From a virus, in the IMG/VR virus record IMGVR_UViG_3300008116_000018: a DNA stretch of 64,000 bases. One strand, 5' to 3'. Under the pieces are notes generated by a model. It made no database searches and was not told the origin of the DNA. It saw nothing but the letters and a program-made list of their open reading frames with translations. Below, piece after piece: positions 17,287-27,305 of the stretch. Every line of letters begins with the position of its first letter. The stretch's first letter is position 1. The translations under genes and the position numbers were made by a program.

Positions 17287-18995
17287 TTTGCAATCCTTGA
17301 AAAATTATTTACCTTCTCGAATCTAATCACGTTGGCAAACTTGTCTTGTAGAATATCACCTTTGTGTGATATGACAAATAGGTTAGAACCTTCAAGCATG
17401 TTTAGAATCTTCATCAAATCTTCTGTACCATTTGTGTCTAATGATGAATCAAAGATTTCATCAAGTATTAATATGTTTGTGCTGGCGCTGTTCTTCAGTT
17501 TGGCAACTGCTCTCCATGTCAACATCAATGCCATATCGATGCGTTGTTTCTCACCTTCACTGAATGATGCATATGTGAAATCATCACGATGGCGAGACTT
17601 GATTGTTTCTTTGAATGATTCATCCAAATTGAAGTTCACAAAGAAATCTAATGATGCAAGATACTTGTTAACTAGCTTGTTGATGACTGGTATGTATTGA
17701 CGAATGATTTTCGTTTTGATGCCTGTGTCTTTCAATAAGTTCGTTGCAATCTCAAAATACAAACGCTCTTCAGCAATAACTTTAATTTCAGATTCTAGTT
17801 CTGCTAGTTCTGTAGTCAACGTTGCAAGTTTCTCTTGTTCTGCATTAACATCATCCTTAACGGAATTCAATCGCACAATCTCTTTATTAATATTGTCAAT
17901 GTGTCTTTGATTTACTCTGACCTCACTCTGTTCAAATGTCAACTGAGAATTCAATGTTTGAATTTGTTCAGCAATCGTTTCAATCTCAACAAGTCTACCA
18001 TTGACAAGATCAAGTTCAGTTTTAACTTTTGACAATGCATCATCGACTTCAACTAATTTTTTGTTTCGTTCTTCTACAATGTGTGTCTTATATTCATTAC
18101 CAATAGCTTGTTTGCATGTTGGGCAATCATCATTGTTATGATAAAACTCAATGTCAGTATCAATTTTTTTATGAGTCTTTATTAAATTCTGACGAATCGT
18201 TGTAAATTTAGATAGCTTTGCATCGACTTTAGACTTGTCTGAAATTTGTGTACATATTTCTGACAAAGTTGTTTGTAGTGCTATGCATCTAGTTTCACTC
18301 TCTGCAATCAACAATTGTGTGTTAGCAATGTCTTGTTGCTTAGATAAAATCTGAGTTGCGTTGTTCTTATTCAATGAATCGATAAACTGAATTTGATATT
18401 GAATCTTTTCACTCTTCAGATCAACAGCATACTTCGACTGCGAATGTTTTTCTTTCAACAAAAGAAACTTATCTTTGAGAACACTATTCATGCGTGAGAA
18501 GATTTGAATATCTAACAAGTCTTCAATGATAGAACGTCTATCGCTTGCAGACAATTGCATGAATGGAGTAAACGATGCTGAACCCAACAAAACAATTTGA
18601 GTAAAAGATTTGTAGTTGAGTTTGAGGATGAATTTCTCTAGGTGTTCTTGATAGTCTTTGACTGCGGCATCTTGATTGACTAGATGCCCATTGCAGTAAA
18701 TTTCAAACACATTTGGTTTGATACCACGAACGATTTTGTATGACTTATTGCCTGTGTCGAATTCAATTTCAACAGTACAATCTTTTTGATTGATCGTATT
18801 GACAAGTTGTCCTTTGTTGATATTACGAAATGGTTTGCCAAACAGCACAAAGCACAATGCGTCAAGCATAGTAGACTTACCCGAACCATTAGAGCCAACA
18901 ATCAACGTGGTGTTGTTGCCATCTAAGTTCAGTTCAGTAAAGAAGTTACCAGTTGATAGAAAGTTCTTCCATCTCAAATTACGAAAAATAATCAT
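17283..18995 (-). CDS. gp46: Recombination endonuclease subunit (Rad50/SbcC-like)
   Basis: GSNGSGKST, CPTC zinc hook, FSEGEKQRIDMAL, LILDEIFD. Confidence 0.97.
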   Translation of the reverse strand: MIIFRNLRWKNFLSTGNFFTELNLDGNNTTLIVGSNGSGKSTMLDALCFVLFGKPFRNINKGQLVNTINQKDCTVEIEFDTGNKSYKIVRGIKPNVFEIYCNGHLVNQDAAVKDYQEHLEKFILKLNYKSFTQIVLLGSASFTPFMQLSASDRRSIIEDLLDIQIFSRMNSVLKDKFLLLKEKHSQSKYAVDLKSEKIQYQIQFIDSLNKNNATQILSKQQDIANTQLLIAESETRCIALQTTLSEICTQISDKSKVDAKLSKFTTIRQNLIKTHKKIDTDIEFYHNNDDCPTCKQAIGNEYKTHIVEERNKKLVEVDDALSKVKTELDLVNGRLVEIETIAEQIQTLNSQLTFEQSEVRVNQRHIDNINKEIVRLNSVKDDVNAEQEKLATLTTELAELESEIKVIAEERLYFEIATNLLKDTGIKTKIIRQYIPVINKLVNKYLASLDFFVNFNLDESFKETIKSRHRDDFTYASFSEGEKQRIDMALMLTWRAVAKLKNSASTNILILDEIFDSSLDTNGTEDLMKILNMLEGSNLFVISHKGDILQDKFANVIRFEKVNNFSRIAK

Positions 18996-20065
18996 TCTAT
19001 ATTTTCTTTGGATAGTGCCTCAACGTAAAGTTCACGCATCAATGTTTTAAGTTTATTAGTGTCTGAAATATTTAGGCTTTGCGTATCGATAAATGAAGAA
19101 AGAATTGTCATGGTGTCTTGCGCTTGGTCAATAATATCACTATCAGTTTCTTCATTCGATATAGTAAAGTCTTCAACAATCGTAACGTCTACAGGACCAA
19201 ATTTATAAATTTCATCTATCAACTTTTCAAATAGATAAGGATCCTGTTTATTCAAAACAACAACTTTCACATAAGCATTTGCATACTTAGAAAAGTTTAT
19301 GTCTTTCAAGTCTTCAATCTTTAATTGATTGTCATCATAATTTACCTTATAAAACATTCGGTGAGGATTCTCTACGAATGTAGTCTGCATTGTTTCAGTG
19401 TCTAAAATACCAAACTGTTTTTTGTCTTTGTAATCATTCCAAAACAATTCATAGGGCGCACCAACATACGTGATGTTGTCGTGCTGTGATGGTGTATGAT
19501 AGTGTCCGCTGTATACATGATTATAGTTGCTTAGAAACTTATAGTCAAGTCCTTCATGGCTATCTACACCACGGAACAATGGAAAGCCAGCAAGTTCAAA
19601 GTGCCCCATGCACAATGAAGAAGATGTGTTCTTCACAAACTCAAAAACTTCCGCTTCATTGCTTTTGCAAATCCATGGTATCATATCGATTTTGATCCCA
19701 TCAACTTCAAGTGTACCAGGTTTCTGCCATAGCACAATGTTATGATAGTCTCTCAGCAACAAGTCAGGAGAATTAACTTCAAGACTTTCTTTCCAAAAGA
19801 TATCGTGATTACCAATCAATGCGTGAAGAGTAATGCCTTCTTCAACGCATCTGTCAAAGAAGTATCTACGACTTTCCATCAGCGAATGAAAGTTGATGTA
19901 CTTGCGTCTATCGAACAAGTCACCAAGCTGAATGATTGTTCTTACACCACGATGTTTCAGTTCTGGAAAGAATGTCTCATCATAAAATTTTTCATAGTAA
20001 GCATGAAACGCTTTGGAGTCATTTCTAACACCAAAGTGAGTATCACCTAGTAAACATATTCTCAT
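18992..20065 (-). CDS. gp47: Recombination endonuclease subunit (Mre11/SbcD-like)
   Basis: GDTHFG, LGDLFDRRK, GNHD, GHFE and SGHYH motifs. Confidence 0.97.
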   Translation of the reverse strand: MRICLLGDTHFGVRNDSKAFHAYYEKFYDETFFPELKHRGVRTIIQLGDLFDRRKYINFHSLMESRRYFFDRCVEEGITLHALIGNHDIFWKESLEVNSPDLLLRDYHNIVLWQKPGTLEVDGIKIDMIPWICKSNEAEVFEFVKNTSSSLCMGHFELAGFPLFRGVDSHEGLDYKFLSNYNHVYSGHYHTPSQHDNITYVGAPYELFWNDYKDKKQFGILDTETMQTTFVENPHRMFYKVNYDDNQLKIEDLKDINFSKYANAYVKVVVLNKQDPYLFEKLIDEIYKFGPVDVTIVEDFTISNEETDSDIIDQAQDTMTILSSFIDTQSLNISDTNKLKTLMRELYVEALSKENIE

Positions 20066-20231
20066 ACTTTCGTTGCCCTTGCTTCTTCATTGTTGTACCT
20101 AAAGACTTGTCGATTATAGCACGAATCTCAGTCAAATGCAAGACGGCAGTTTCTCTGAGATTTTGTGGCGATCTTTTGTCGTTAACAATTTTTAGCCAGT
20201 TTTCAAGTTGGGCTGGTATTGGTGTCTGCAT
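20043..20231 (-). CDS. Small hypothetical protein
   Basis: 62 aa from MQTPIPAQLENW after a GGAG SD; fills the gp55-gp47 junction. Confidence 0.6.
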   Translation of the reverse strand: MQTPIPAQLENWLKIVNDKRSPQNLRETAVLHLTEIRAIIDKSLGTTMKKQGQRKYENMFTR

Positions 20232-20832
20232 TGTCTTTCTCCAGAAATTCATCGAATGCGGTAGCAGTATCTGCCTTTTTCTTTCTAGGCTTTGCACTTG
20301 CGATCTTCTTCTCTTTATTCACTTCAAATGCTTTGATAAAGTCACTAATGAATTCTTCGCTATACGAATCGTGCATCACACCATTTAGACTTGAAGAAAC
20401 GTATTCTTCGCCATTGTTTTCAATGAGAGAGGTAATGATTAAATTGTCCATGCTCTTATACTTGATGTATAGATGCTTTTTCTCTTTTTGAATTCTTCGC
20501 AAGAATGCATAGTAGATAATTTGGGTAAAGTATGCAAATGGATTCTTAGACTTCTCAGGATCAAAGTTATCAATGTACAACAGACAGTTTTCAATACCAT
20601 CCGATACCATATCTTCTTTGAATGTGTAGTTTGCAAAGTTTGGTTTACGTGCCAAGTGCGTTGCAATCTTAAACAAGCATTCGCCAATGTACTCAGGTAC
20701 TCTTGGGCGCTCTCCGTTTGTTGCTTCTGCTTCTTTGACGCCGGCACGAAAGACAACCATCTCTTCTAGGAAATGTTCGTTGTTGACGTAGTGTTTTTGT
20801 TTTGGTTTTACGGTAGCGGTAGTAATAGTCAT
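20203..20832 (-). CDS. gp55: Late-transcription sigma factor
   Basis: HYVNN, YIGECLFKIATHL, DMVSDGIENC, NPFAYFTQIIYYAFLRRIQKEKK. Confidence 0.97.
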   Translation of the reverse strand: MTITTATVKPKQKHYVNNEHFLEEMVVFRAGVKEAEATNGERPRVPEYIGECLFKIATHLARKPNFANYTFKEDMVSDGIENCLLYIDNFDPEKSKNPFAYFTQIIYYAFLRRIQKEKKHLYIKYKSMDNLIITSLIENNGEEYVSSSLNGVMHDSYSEEFISDFIKAFEVNKEKKIASAKPRKKKADTATAFDEFLEKDNADTNTSPT

Positions 20833-20848
20833 GTTTCACCTCAGTTAG

Positions 20849-20877
20849 TTGACAAACACTTGACAATGAGTTATTAT
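20849..20877 (+). promoter_or_regulatory. Plus-strand sigma70-like promoter with tandem TTGACA
   Basis: TTGACA-AACAC-TTGACA-ATGAGT-TATTAT; 17-nt spacing from the first -35. Confidence 0.5.
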
Positions 20878-20901
20878 TGCAGTGTCCTGTTTGATAAAGA
20901 C

Positions 20902-21294
20902 TTAATGTAATATATGATTGTTAGATGAAGCCATTGCTTCTCTCATCTTATCAATCTCTTCTTTGATTTCAGACATTCTATCGTCTGCTTGAATTTCAAT
21001 TTCATCTTCTTCATTCGAATCGAATTCTTGATATGCTTCGCCATAGATTCTTATAATTTCTGATGTTGCTTCAGATACGGAAACAATACTTTGTTTAAAT
21101 ATTCTAGAAGGCAAATCAAAATTTGTAAGTGGATCCCATTTCATCATCGACAAGCTAAACATATGATCTTCAGACATTCTAGGAACAAGAACAACTTTCA
21201 TAGGACGATGCACTTCAATGTATCCTCTACTTTCTTCAACAACATTTCCGATGAGAGTATCACCGTTTGTTAATTTTAGTACTTTGCAAAGCAT
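20902..21294 (-). CDS. Conserved T4-like hypothetical protein (possible Sm-like fold)
   Basis: KVLKLTNGDTLIG; usual position between uvsW and gp55. Confidence 0.75.
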   Translation of the reverse strand: MLCKVLKLTNGDTLIGNVVEESRGYIEVHRPMKVVLVPRMSEDHMFSLSMMKWDPLTNFDLPSRIFKQSIVSVSEATSEIIRIYGEAYQEFDSNEEDEIEIQADDRMSEIKEEIDKMREAMASSNNHILH

Positions 21295-22754
21295 TATTCT
21301 TCCTTTAAATTTAACGTGTAAATTTTATATTCAAACTTTTCATCGTTATAAATTTTCATTCGTTCGATAAAATGTTCTAATGTAAAATTCTTTCTACTCT
21401 TATAAGTCATGTCATCCGATATGTCATACAGAATAGCTTCTTTCTTGTTATCTCCCAAACGCAATCCTCGACCAATAGACTGTAGTGTTCTAATTTTACT
21501 CTTGCTTGGTGAAGCAAAAATAACATTATGTAGATTACGAATGTTGATACCAGTAGAGAATGTTCCATATGATGCTACGATAATTGCATTCTCTTCATCT
21601 TCAGTAATTCTACGAACTTCTTCTCTTTCATCTACGCCAACCGCACCATGAATAAAGAATACAGGTCTATTTTCTTCTACTGCGTCCTTAAGCATATTAT
21701 ACAATATTCTGCCGTGCTTGTCAACGAACTGATATAGTAGAAGAGTGTTACCTTCTAAACTCATAGTCAAATTTCTAATGAATCTATTACGTGACGGCTT
21801 ACCTATAATATAATTTATCTCATCTTGATATTTAAAATTCTTACCTAGCTTACATGATTCTTCGTTATGCTTAAGCACCAATGCTTTAATTCTAAACTTA
21901 GCTAATCGTCCAGAGTCAATCAATTCTTTTGTTGTTGTTATCTGTTTGACTTTACCGAACAAACCTTCTAAGACTAATCTATGTGTCTGTGTTCCATCTA
22001 GTGTACCTGTGAGTCCAAATCTATACTTGCACTTTGTTAGTTTTGTTAGAATTGATATCAACGACTTTGCTTTAAACAAATGCGCTTCATCTCCAACAAC
22101 TAATTCAAATTCTTCGAACCATTCTTTTGGCATCTTGTAAATTGACTGCCATGTAGATATGACAATGGGGCAATCAGTTTGTTTGCTTGCACCTGACATA
22201 ATCTGGTGTATGTATTTATCACTCTCAAACCCATAGTCTTCAAAGTCTTTGTATAACTGTGCGACAAGTGAGATAGTGGGAACAATGATAAGAGTCTTGC
22301 AATTTAAATATCTCGCAATGAGATATATGATAAGCGACTTGCCTGATGCTGTGGGTGATACTAATAAGTTTCTTCTACTGCGTACTGCATGAATGAATGC
22401 TTGAATCTGATAGTCTCTAACTTCAAATGGTATACCTAGAGTATCGATGAAGTCTGTTGCTTCTGCTACAGAGAATTCATCATAAGTTTCTACTGATTCG
22501 TCAAATTCAATTACGTAGTCACGTTCTTTAGCAAACTTTTCTAAGTATGGAATCAAACCATAATAGATTTGTCTGTTCTGAGAATTGAATAGGCGTATTT
22601 TTCCATCCCACACTTTGTTTCTAAATGCGGGCATGAATTTATAACCGGGAACGTAGAACGTAAAGTATTCATTCAACTCCATTGCATCGGAGTTCTCACA
22701 CTTGATGTGTGCGTAGACTTCATCTACTTTTGAAATATAGAGTTTATTGTACAC
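21294..22754 (-). CDS. uvsW: UvsW RNA-DNA/DNA helicase
   Basis: SPTASGKS, DEAH, GLTGT, QSIGRGLR; GTG start. Confidence 0.97.
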   Translation of the reverse strand: MYNKLYISKVDEVYAHIKCENSDAMELNEYFTFYVPGYKFMPAFRNKVWDGKIRLFNSQNRQIYYGLIPYLEKFAKERDYVIEFDESVETYDEFSVAEATDFIDTLGIPFEVRDYQIQAFIHAVRSRRNLLVSPTASGKSLIIYLIARYLNCKTLIIVPTISLVAQLYKDFEDYGFESDKYIHQIMSGASKQTDCPIVISTWQSIYKMPKEWFEEFELVVGDEAHLFKAKSLISILTKLTKCKYRFGLTGTLDGTQTHRLVLEGLFGKVKQITTTKELIDSGRLAKFRIKALVLKHNEESCKLGKNFKYQDEINYIIGKPSRNRFIRNLTMSLEGNTLLLYQFVDKHGRILYNMLKDAVEENRPVFFIHGAVGVDEREEVRRITEDEENAIIVASYGTFSTGINIRNLHNVIFASPSKSKIRTLQSIGRGLRLGDNKKEAILYDISDDMTYKSRKNFTLEHFIERMKIYNDEKFEYKIYTLNLKEE

Positions 22755-22930
22755 CTTGCGTAAACTTCTTCCATTCTATAGCGTTCTTAATCTGAAATGC
22801 GTCTTTCATCAAAATAAATTTTGAGATATTTACTGTGTAATTCTGGTATCTTTAAAGATGCGATACCTAACTCTGTCGAGTCAACTGTGGCGTCTAATCT
22901 CCACTCTTCCATCATCTGATCTAGCGTCAT
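22744..22930 (-). pseudogene. uvsY: uvsY recombination mediator with an internal deletion and frameshift
   Basis: N-terminal MTLDQMMEEWRLDATVDSTELGIASLKIPELHSKYLKIYFDERR runs into ISD-stop (22787). The UvsY C-terminus FQIKNAIEWKKFTQGVQ-stop follows in another frame. Canonical gp3-uvsY-uvsW position. Confidence 0.8.
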
Positions 22931-22962
22931 AATAATTCCTCAAGTCAATATTCGTATTCATC

Positions 22963-22991
22963 ATAATAACACATTCCTAGGCAAATGTCAA
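22963..22991 (-). promoter_or_regulatory. Sigma70 promoter for uvsY/uvsW
   Basis: TTGACA-N17-TATTAT with a TG extension. Confidence 0.65.
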
Positions 22992-23503
22992 ATGTTTATT
23001 GCTTCGTAATAACCATAATTGAATGTTACTGTTGATGTAACAAATTCTTGATTATCGGTAGTTGTGAAACTCATCTCTCCGAGATCGGTTGGGTACACAT
23101 CAACAAAATCAAATCTTAAATTTGGATTGTTTGCATTTGATTTTATAAACAATGTTGCATCAGATGTTGTGCTAGTAACAGAGCCTGGTCTGCCTGTGAG
23201 TGTTCCAACTTTATTGTATCCTTTTGGATTGCCTAGCTGTGCGATCCAATTGTACAACTCCAACCATGATTGCATGTCTTCATCAACTAAGAATGTTAGC
23301 GTGAGTGAACTAAAAGTAATTTGATTTCCTGGAATACTAACAGCAGAAAATGGCGTGTTAATTGAACTAGACTGCAATGTGAGTCCAGGTAAATTTACAC
23401 TCTGCACTAAGTATGTGAAATTGGGAATTCTCTTAAGAACAAAATCAAACTTGTTGTTCGAAAGAAAACTTCTATTTACGGGTGTTGTTATTAGGGTAGC
23501 CAT
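22988..23503 (-). CDS. gp3: Tail completion / sheath stabilizer protein
   Basis: FLSNNKF..VQSVNLPG, FLVDEDMQSWLELYNW, FVDVYPTDL; position downstream of gp23. Confidence 0.88.
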   Translation of the reverse strand: MATLITTPVNRSFLSNNKFDFVLKRIPNFTYLVQSVNLPGLTLQSSSINTPFSAVSIPGNQITFSSLTLTFLVDEDMQSWLELYNWIAQLGNPKGYNKVGTLTGRPGSVTSTTSDATLFIKSNANNPNLRFDFVDVYPTDLGEMSFTTTDNQEFVTSTVTFNYGYYEAINI

Positions 23504-23535
23504 GTTATCTCCTCTTGTCTTCTATTTATGCAGAC

Positions 23536-23564
23536 AAAAAAAGAGGACCCTAAGGTCCTCTTTT
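23536..23564 (-). terminator. Rho-independent terminator after gp23
   Basis: AAAAGAGGACC-TTAG-GGTCCTCTTTTTTT. Confidence 0.85.
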
Positions 23565-23592
23565 AAATACCGATGTGTCTCGGTTTAATCAA

Positions 23593-24921
23593 TTACATCA
23601 AGTTAGTAATTGCAATTCTACGATAGTAGATGTTCTTATTAGCGAATGCTAATGTACCGTCAGCGGCTGATGTTGCGAATGGGTTTGCGACCATACCATA
23701 ACGTGTCTTAAATCCAATTTTTGGTTGGAAAGAATCTTGACCAACTGCACGAACCATTTGCAACGGAACGTATGGGCAATAGAACAAGCCAGCGTCAAAA
23801 GCTGAAGTGCCTTTGTAACCGATTGTTGCATAGTGTGTACCAGATGTTGCGGCGAAATATGGATCGATGTAAACCTTGATACGACCATTCAATACACCAG
23901 CGAATGTGTTACCAGAGTCATCAACTTGCAAGTTGTTTGCAAGTGCTGGAGTGTAATCAAGAACACCAGCCATTTGCAATGCAGATGCTACGTCTGAAGA
24001 ACAGATAAGCACGTTACCTTTACCACGGCGAGTTGCTTTAGCGATTGCGTTGGACTCACGCTCCAATTGGAACATCAAGCCTTTGAACTTCTCAACAGAC
24101 CAACGACCGTTAGCATCAACGTCAAGGTTGAATGTACCAGCAGTTGTAACGTTTTCTTGTGCGCCAACAGTAGCTGTGATGTTGATTGTACGAACAACTT
24201 CACGGTTAATTTCAGCTAAAATTTCTGTAGAAAGAATGTTAGCCAATTCTTGTTCAGCATCCAAACCATGGACTGCTTTCAAGTCTTGTGCTAATTCCAT
24301 TGTGTATTCTGCTTTCAAAGCACGGCTACGTGCAGTAACAGCAACTTTCTCAATAGAGAATGCCATCTCTTGGAAACCTTGACCAGAACCATCACCCAAT
24401 GCTTCAGCTTGTGCTGTAGTGAAACCAGTACCACGTGTGTACTCTGTACCACTAGACAAGTCAGCAGGTGATGCACCTGTCTGTGATTGTGCTGTAGATG
24501 GGAATGCTGTGTTAGCTTCGTTGAACAATGCTTCAGTACCACTTTGTGATGTGTAACGTGAACGCATTGCAAAGATCAAGCCTGTTGGACCTGTCATTGG
24601 TTGAACACCGCAAATGTCGTATGCGATCAAGTTAGGTGCGGCACGGCGAACCAAGCTGATTAAGACTGGATCGTAAAGGTCGATTGAACCATCGCCTGCT
24701 GTAGATGAAGATGCGCCCATGTTGTTAGCAGGTGCGGCTTCAGACAACAACGATGTTTGGTTGCGATAACCACCAGAACCCTGTGCATCACCACGGCAAG
24801 CAATTTCTTGGTTCTCAAGAAGCTGTGCCGTTACGGAACGCTTGTGGGAATCCTTGATTGCGGCTAAATCGCCATGGTCAAGAACTGGTGCCCATTTTTT
24901 TAAAAGATTTTCTACGCTCAT
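23593..24921 (-). CDS. gp23: Major capsid protein
   Basis: DPVLISLVRR, GVQPMTGPTGLIFAMRS, KAEYTMELAQDLKAVHGLDAE, FQPKIGFKTRYG. Confidence 0.99.
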   Translation of the reverse strand: MSVENLLKKWAPVLDHGDLAAIKDSHKRSVTAQLLENQEIACRGDAQGSGGYRNQTSLLSEAAPANNMGASSSTAGDGSIDLYDPVLISLVRRAAPNLIAYDICGVQPMTGPTGLIFAMRSRYTSQSGTEALFNEANTAFPSTAQSQTGASPADLSSGTEYTRGTGFTTAQAEALGDGSGQGFQEMAFSIEKVAVTARSRALKAEYTMELAQDLKAVHGLDAEQELANILSTEILAEINREVVRTINITATVGAQENVTTAGTFNLDVDANGRWSVEKFKGLMFQLERESNAIAKATRRGKGNVLICSSDVASALQMAGVLDYTPALANNLQVDDSGNTFAGVLNGRIKVYIDPYFAATSGTHYATIGYKGTSAFDAGLFYCPYVPLQMVRAVGQDSFQPKIGFKTRYGMVANPFATSAADGTLAFANKNIYYRRIAITNLM

Positions 24922-24949
24922 GTTTTTCTCCTTTGAGTATTGTTTAATT

Positions 24950-24957
24950 TATTTATA
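24950..24957 (-). promoter_or_regulatory. Late promoter TATAAATA (gp23)
   Basis: Exact consensus upstream of gp23. Confidence 0.8.
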
Positions 24958-24962
24958 AAAAC

Positions 24963-25847
24963 TTATTTCTTCAGTGTTCTAGAAATATTTTGTACATAGT
25001 GGTTCATTACAGGAGTGAATGATTCTTCGATAGTAGAAACATCATCGTCCATTGGAGCCGCCTTTTTGACTGTATCTTTTGAAGATTCATCAAAATATTT
25101 CTTCTTTGTTAGAAGAAGTTTTTCTTTGTAGTCTTGTTCAGAAACAAATTCAATGCCTTCTGCTAAAGATTTCAACTTTGCAGATTGAACTTCGCTAAGA
25201 CCTTCAGAAACTTCGCCAACGATATGGTCTTTCTTGTAAACACTAATTTGTGCATTCAAATTTGCAACTTCAGTTACTGCTTTGTCTAACTCAGACTCAA
25301 GCACTTCAACTTGCTCTGCAAATTCTTCAACAACATTTACTTTGTCTTCTGGAATATCAACATAATGCTCTGTGAATAGATTTTTAAGTCCAATCATGAA
25401 ATCTTCAGCTAATTCAGCTTTGATGCCTTTTTCGATAGCTAATTTGTTGTCTTCCATCCATTCAGTCACAACATACTCAAGGTATTCGTCAACTTTTGTG
25501 ACCAAGTTTTCATTGATCGAATTGACTTCTTCTTGAAGTTTAATAGAATATTCTTCGTCTAATTTAGTTGTTGCTTCTTCTACCTTAGCAAAAATTGCCG
25601 CTTCAAAGATAGCTTTAGCATTGTTTTTGAATTCTTCAGAAAGAGATTCGCCAGAGAAAATAGCATCAATGTCTTCTTTCATTTTTGATTGCTTTTTCTC
25701 TTTCATCATCTTTTCTTTTTCATCATCAGACTCTTCGCTATCGTCAGTGTCAACTTCTTTAGCTTTTTTCTTTTCGATGGCTGCTTTTAACGCAGGTGGA
25801 AGTTCTCCTTCCAACAATTCATCATCCTTGTTATTTACATCGGTCAT
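24963..25847 (-). CDS. gp22: Prohead core scaffolding protein
   Basis: LSEEFKNNAKAIFEAAI, KVDEYLEYVVTEWMEDN, LKNLFTEHYVDIP. Confidence 0.95.
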   Translation of the reverse strand: MTDVNNKDDELLEGELPPALKAAIEKKKAKEVDTDDSEESDDEKEKMMKEKKQSKMKEDIDAIFSGESLSEEFKNNAKAIFEAAIFAKVEEATTKLDEEYSIKLQEEVNSINENLVTKVDEYLEYVVTEWMEDNKLAIEKGIKAELAEDFMIGLKNLFTEHYVDIPEDKVNVVEEFAEQVEVLESELDKAVTEVANLNAQISVYKKDHIVGEVSEGLSEVQSAKLKSLAEGIEFVSEQDYKEKLLLTKKKYFDESSKDTVKKAAPMDDDVSTIEESFTPVMNHYVQNISRTLKK

Positions 25848-25891
25848 AGTAGGTTCTCCTTTATACGATATTTAAAATTTGTTAGTATATG

Positions 25892-25899
25892 TATTTATA
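25892..25899 (-). promoter_or_regulatory. Late promoter TATAAATA (gp22)
   Basis: Exact consensus, intergenic. Confidence 0.75.
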
Positions 25900-25903
25900 A
25901 ACA

Positions 25904-26554
25904 TTATAGCTTGGAGATGAAATTTTTGAAGACTTTTATCATGTTTTCTTCTAAGTCTTTCTTAGAAGATTTGACAATAACATCCTTTTGTTTTTGAATG
26001 TCAGCTTCTCTGATAATTCCATTGTCCCAAACCCATGCTTTATCTTCCATGATACCACGTACATATGCATCTGGTGCTGAAGGATCGGCTACGATATCTG
26101 CACAAGTTGCAAGATAAAAATCATTACCAACAACTTTAGTTCCATCTTTTCCTTCTACAAGACTACCTAAGCCTCTTGTAGATACGCCTAATGTTGCGCC
26201 TTCAGCCATCAAATTCTTTACGATGTTGCCGTACGGTGTGTCCATAATCTTTGCTTTACCGATGAAATTATTTCCATCTTGACGTAAACTCTTAGTAATG
26301 TGTGATACACGTTCTAAGTTAATAGTTGGACCATCTGGATGTCCCAACTCACCATAAGCACGATTCTTCATTACGTGTTCTGTTACATATCTTTCGGTTT
26401 CTTTTTGCAAAACATCTAATGGATACATTCTTCCATTACGATTCTTTTGTTCTGCTTGCATGAAGATACCTTCAATGAAGAAACTTCTACCGCCAGCTTC
26501 GTTTGCTTCGGTGATGATATTTACTTGCTCATTGATTTCTGTAATTAGTTTCAT
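25904..26554 (-). CDS. gp21: Prohead protease
   Basis: IEGIFMQAEQKNRNGRMYP, GELGHP, GVSTRGLGS, DIVADPSAPDA. Confidence 0.97.
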   Translation of the reverse strand: MKLITEINEQVNIITEANEAGGRSFFIEGIFMQAEQKNRNGRMYPLDVLQKETERYVTEHVMKNRAYGELGHPDGPTINLERVSHITKSLRQDGNNFIGKAKIMDTPYGNIVKNLMAEGATLGVSTRGLGSLVEGKDGTKVVGNDFYLATCADIVADPSAPDAYVRGIMEDKAWVWDNGIIREADIQKQKDVIVKSSKKDLEENMIKVFKNFISKL

Positions 26555-26841
26555 TTTAGTCCCGCCGATGTTCTCTTTTTAAGTGACCTTGTTCTTTTAC
26601 GTAGAATCAAAGCAAGTTTTGGTGCACGTTTTCTAGCCGCTTTGCGTTGTGCAATTCTACGATGCATTTTTTCTTGTGAAGACATTCTGACAAGTTTGCC
26701 TCCTAAGACTTTATATCCAGGTGTTGCAGAAACAACTTTTCTGCGCTGAACAATTCCAGCACGTACTCTATTGACTTTTACAATTCTAGCTTCATCTAAC
26801 TGTTCATCAGAGAGAGATATAAACTCTTTAAATTTCAACAT
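26551..26841 (-). CDS. Basic prohead core protein (gp68-like)
   Basis: Arg/Lys-rich C-terminus RRIAQRKAARKR...RKRTRSLKKRTSAGLK resembles T4 gp68; immediately upstream of gp21. Confidence 0.65.
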   Translation of the reverse strand: MLKFKEFISLSDEQLDEARIVKVNRVRAGIVQRRKVVSATPGYKVLGGKLVRMSSQEKMHRRIAQRKAARKRAPKLALILRKRTRSLKKRTSAGLK

Positions 26842-26842
26842 A

Positions 26843-27304
26843 TTATGGGCTTACACCATCATCGGTAGTTTCACGGCTAGAATATCCAGCAGTCTTCTTG
26901 CCTTCTAATATGATTGTATATCCAGCACTAGCAGTAAATCCTGTAGTAGTTAACAAGATATCTCCATTGGCTCCAGCGCCAGCATTGTTTGTGAGTGGTG
27001 CTTGTAAATTTGTTGTCAAGTCTAGAGTGCCAGAGCCAGTCAAAGTCACAATAGTTGTGTTTGATGTTCCTCTCCACGCCAATGTAACTCTAGGGTCTTG
27101 CAGTGATGAAGTACCTCTTGCTACATTCCAAAATATTTTATTGATTGACAATCGTTGTGTTGCTCCGCCATCAGATGCAATTAGTGTGTTTGCAGAAACT
27201 TTTACAACGCCTGCTTCACCAGTGCCGTCAGAAATATTTGTCAGCTTAACTGCCCATGCCGATGCGCTATCTTTTAGCGTTTGTGAGGTTACTGTATCTG
27301 CCAT
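26843..27304 (-). CDS. Hypothetical virion protein
   Basis: MADTVTSQTL..VKLTNISDGTGE..GDILLTT; located in the head gene cluster. Confidence 0.7.
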   Translation of the reverse strand: MADTVTSQTLKDSASAWAVKLTNISDGTGEAGVVKVSANTLIASDGGATQRLSINKIFWNVARGTSSLQDPRVTLAWRGTSNTTIVTLTGSGTLDLTTNLQAPLTNNAGAGANGDILLTTTGFTASAGYTIILEGKKTAGYSSRETTDDGVSP

Positions 27305-27305
27305 T

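Noticed and set aside
22787-22805. Programmed frameshift restoring UvsY
   Set aside because: Even with a frameshift the product would be about 61 aa and lack the central part of UvsY, so a deletion or misassembly is the better explanation.
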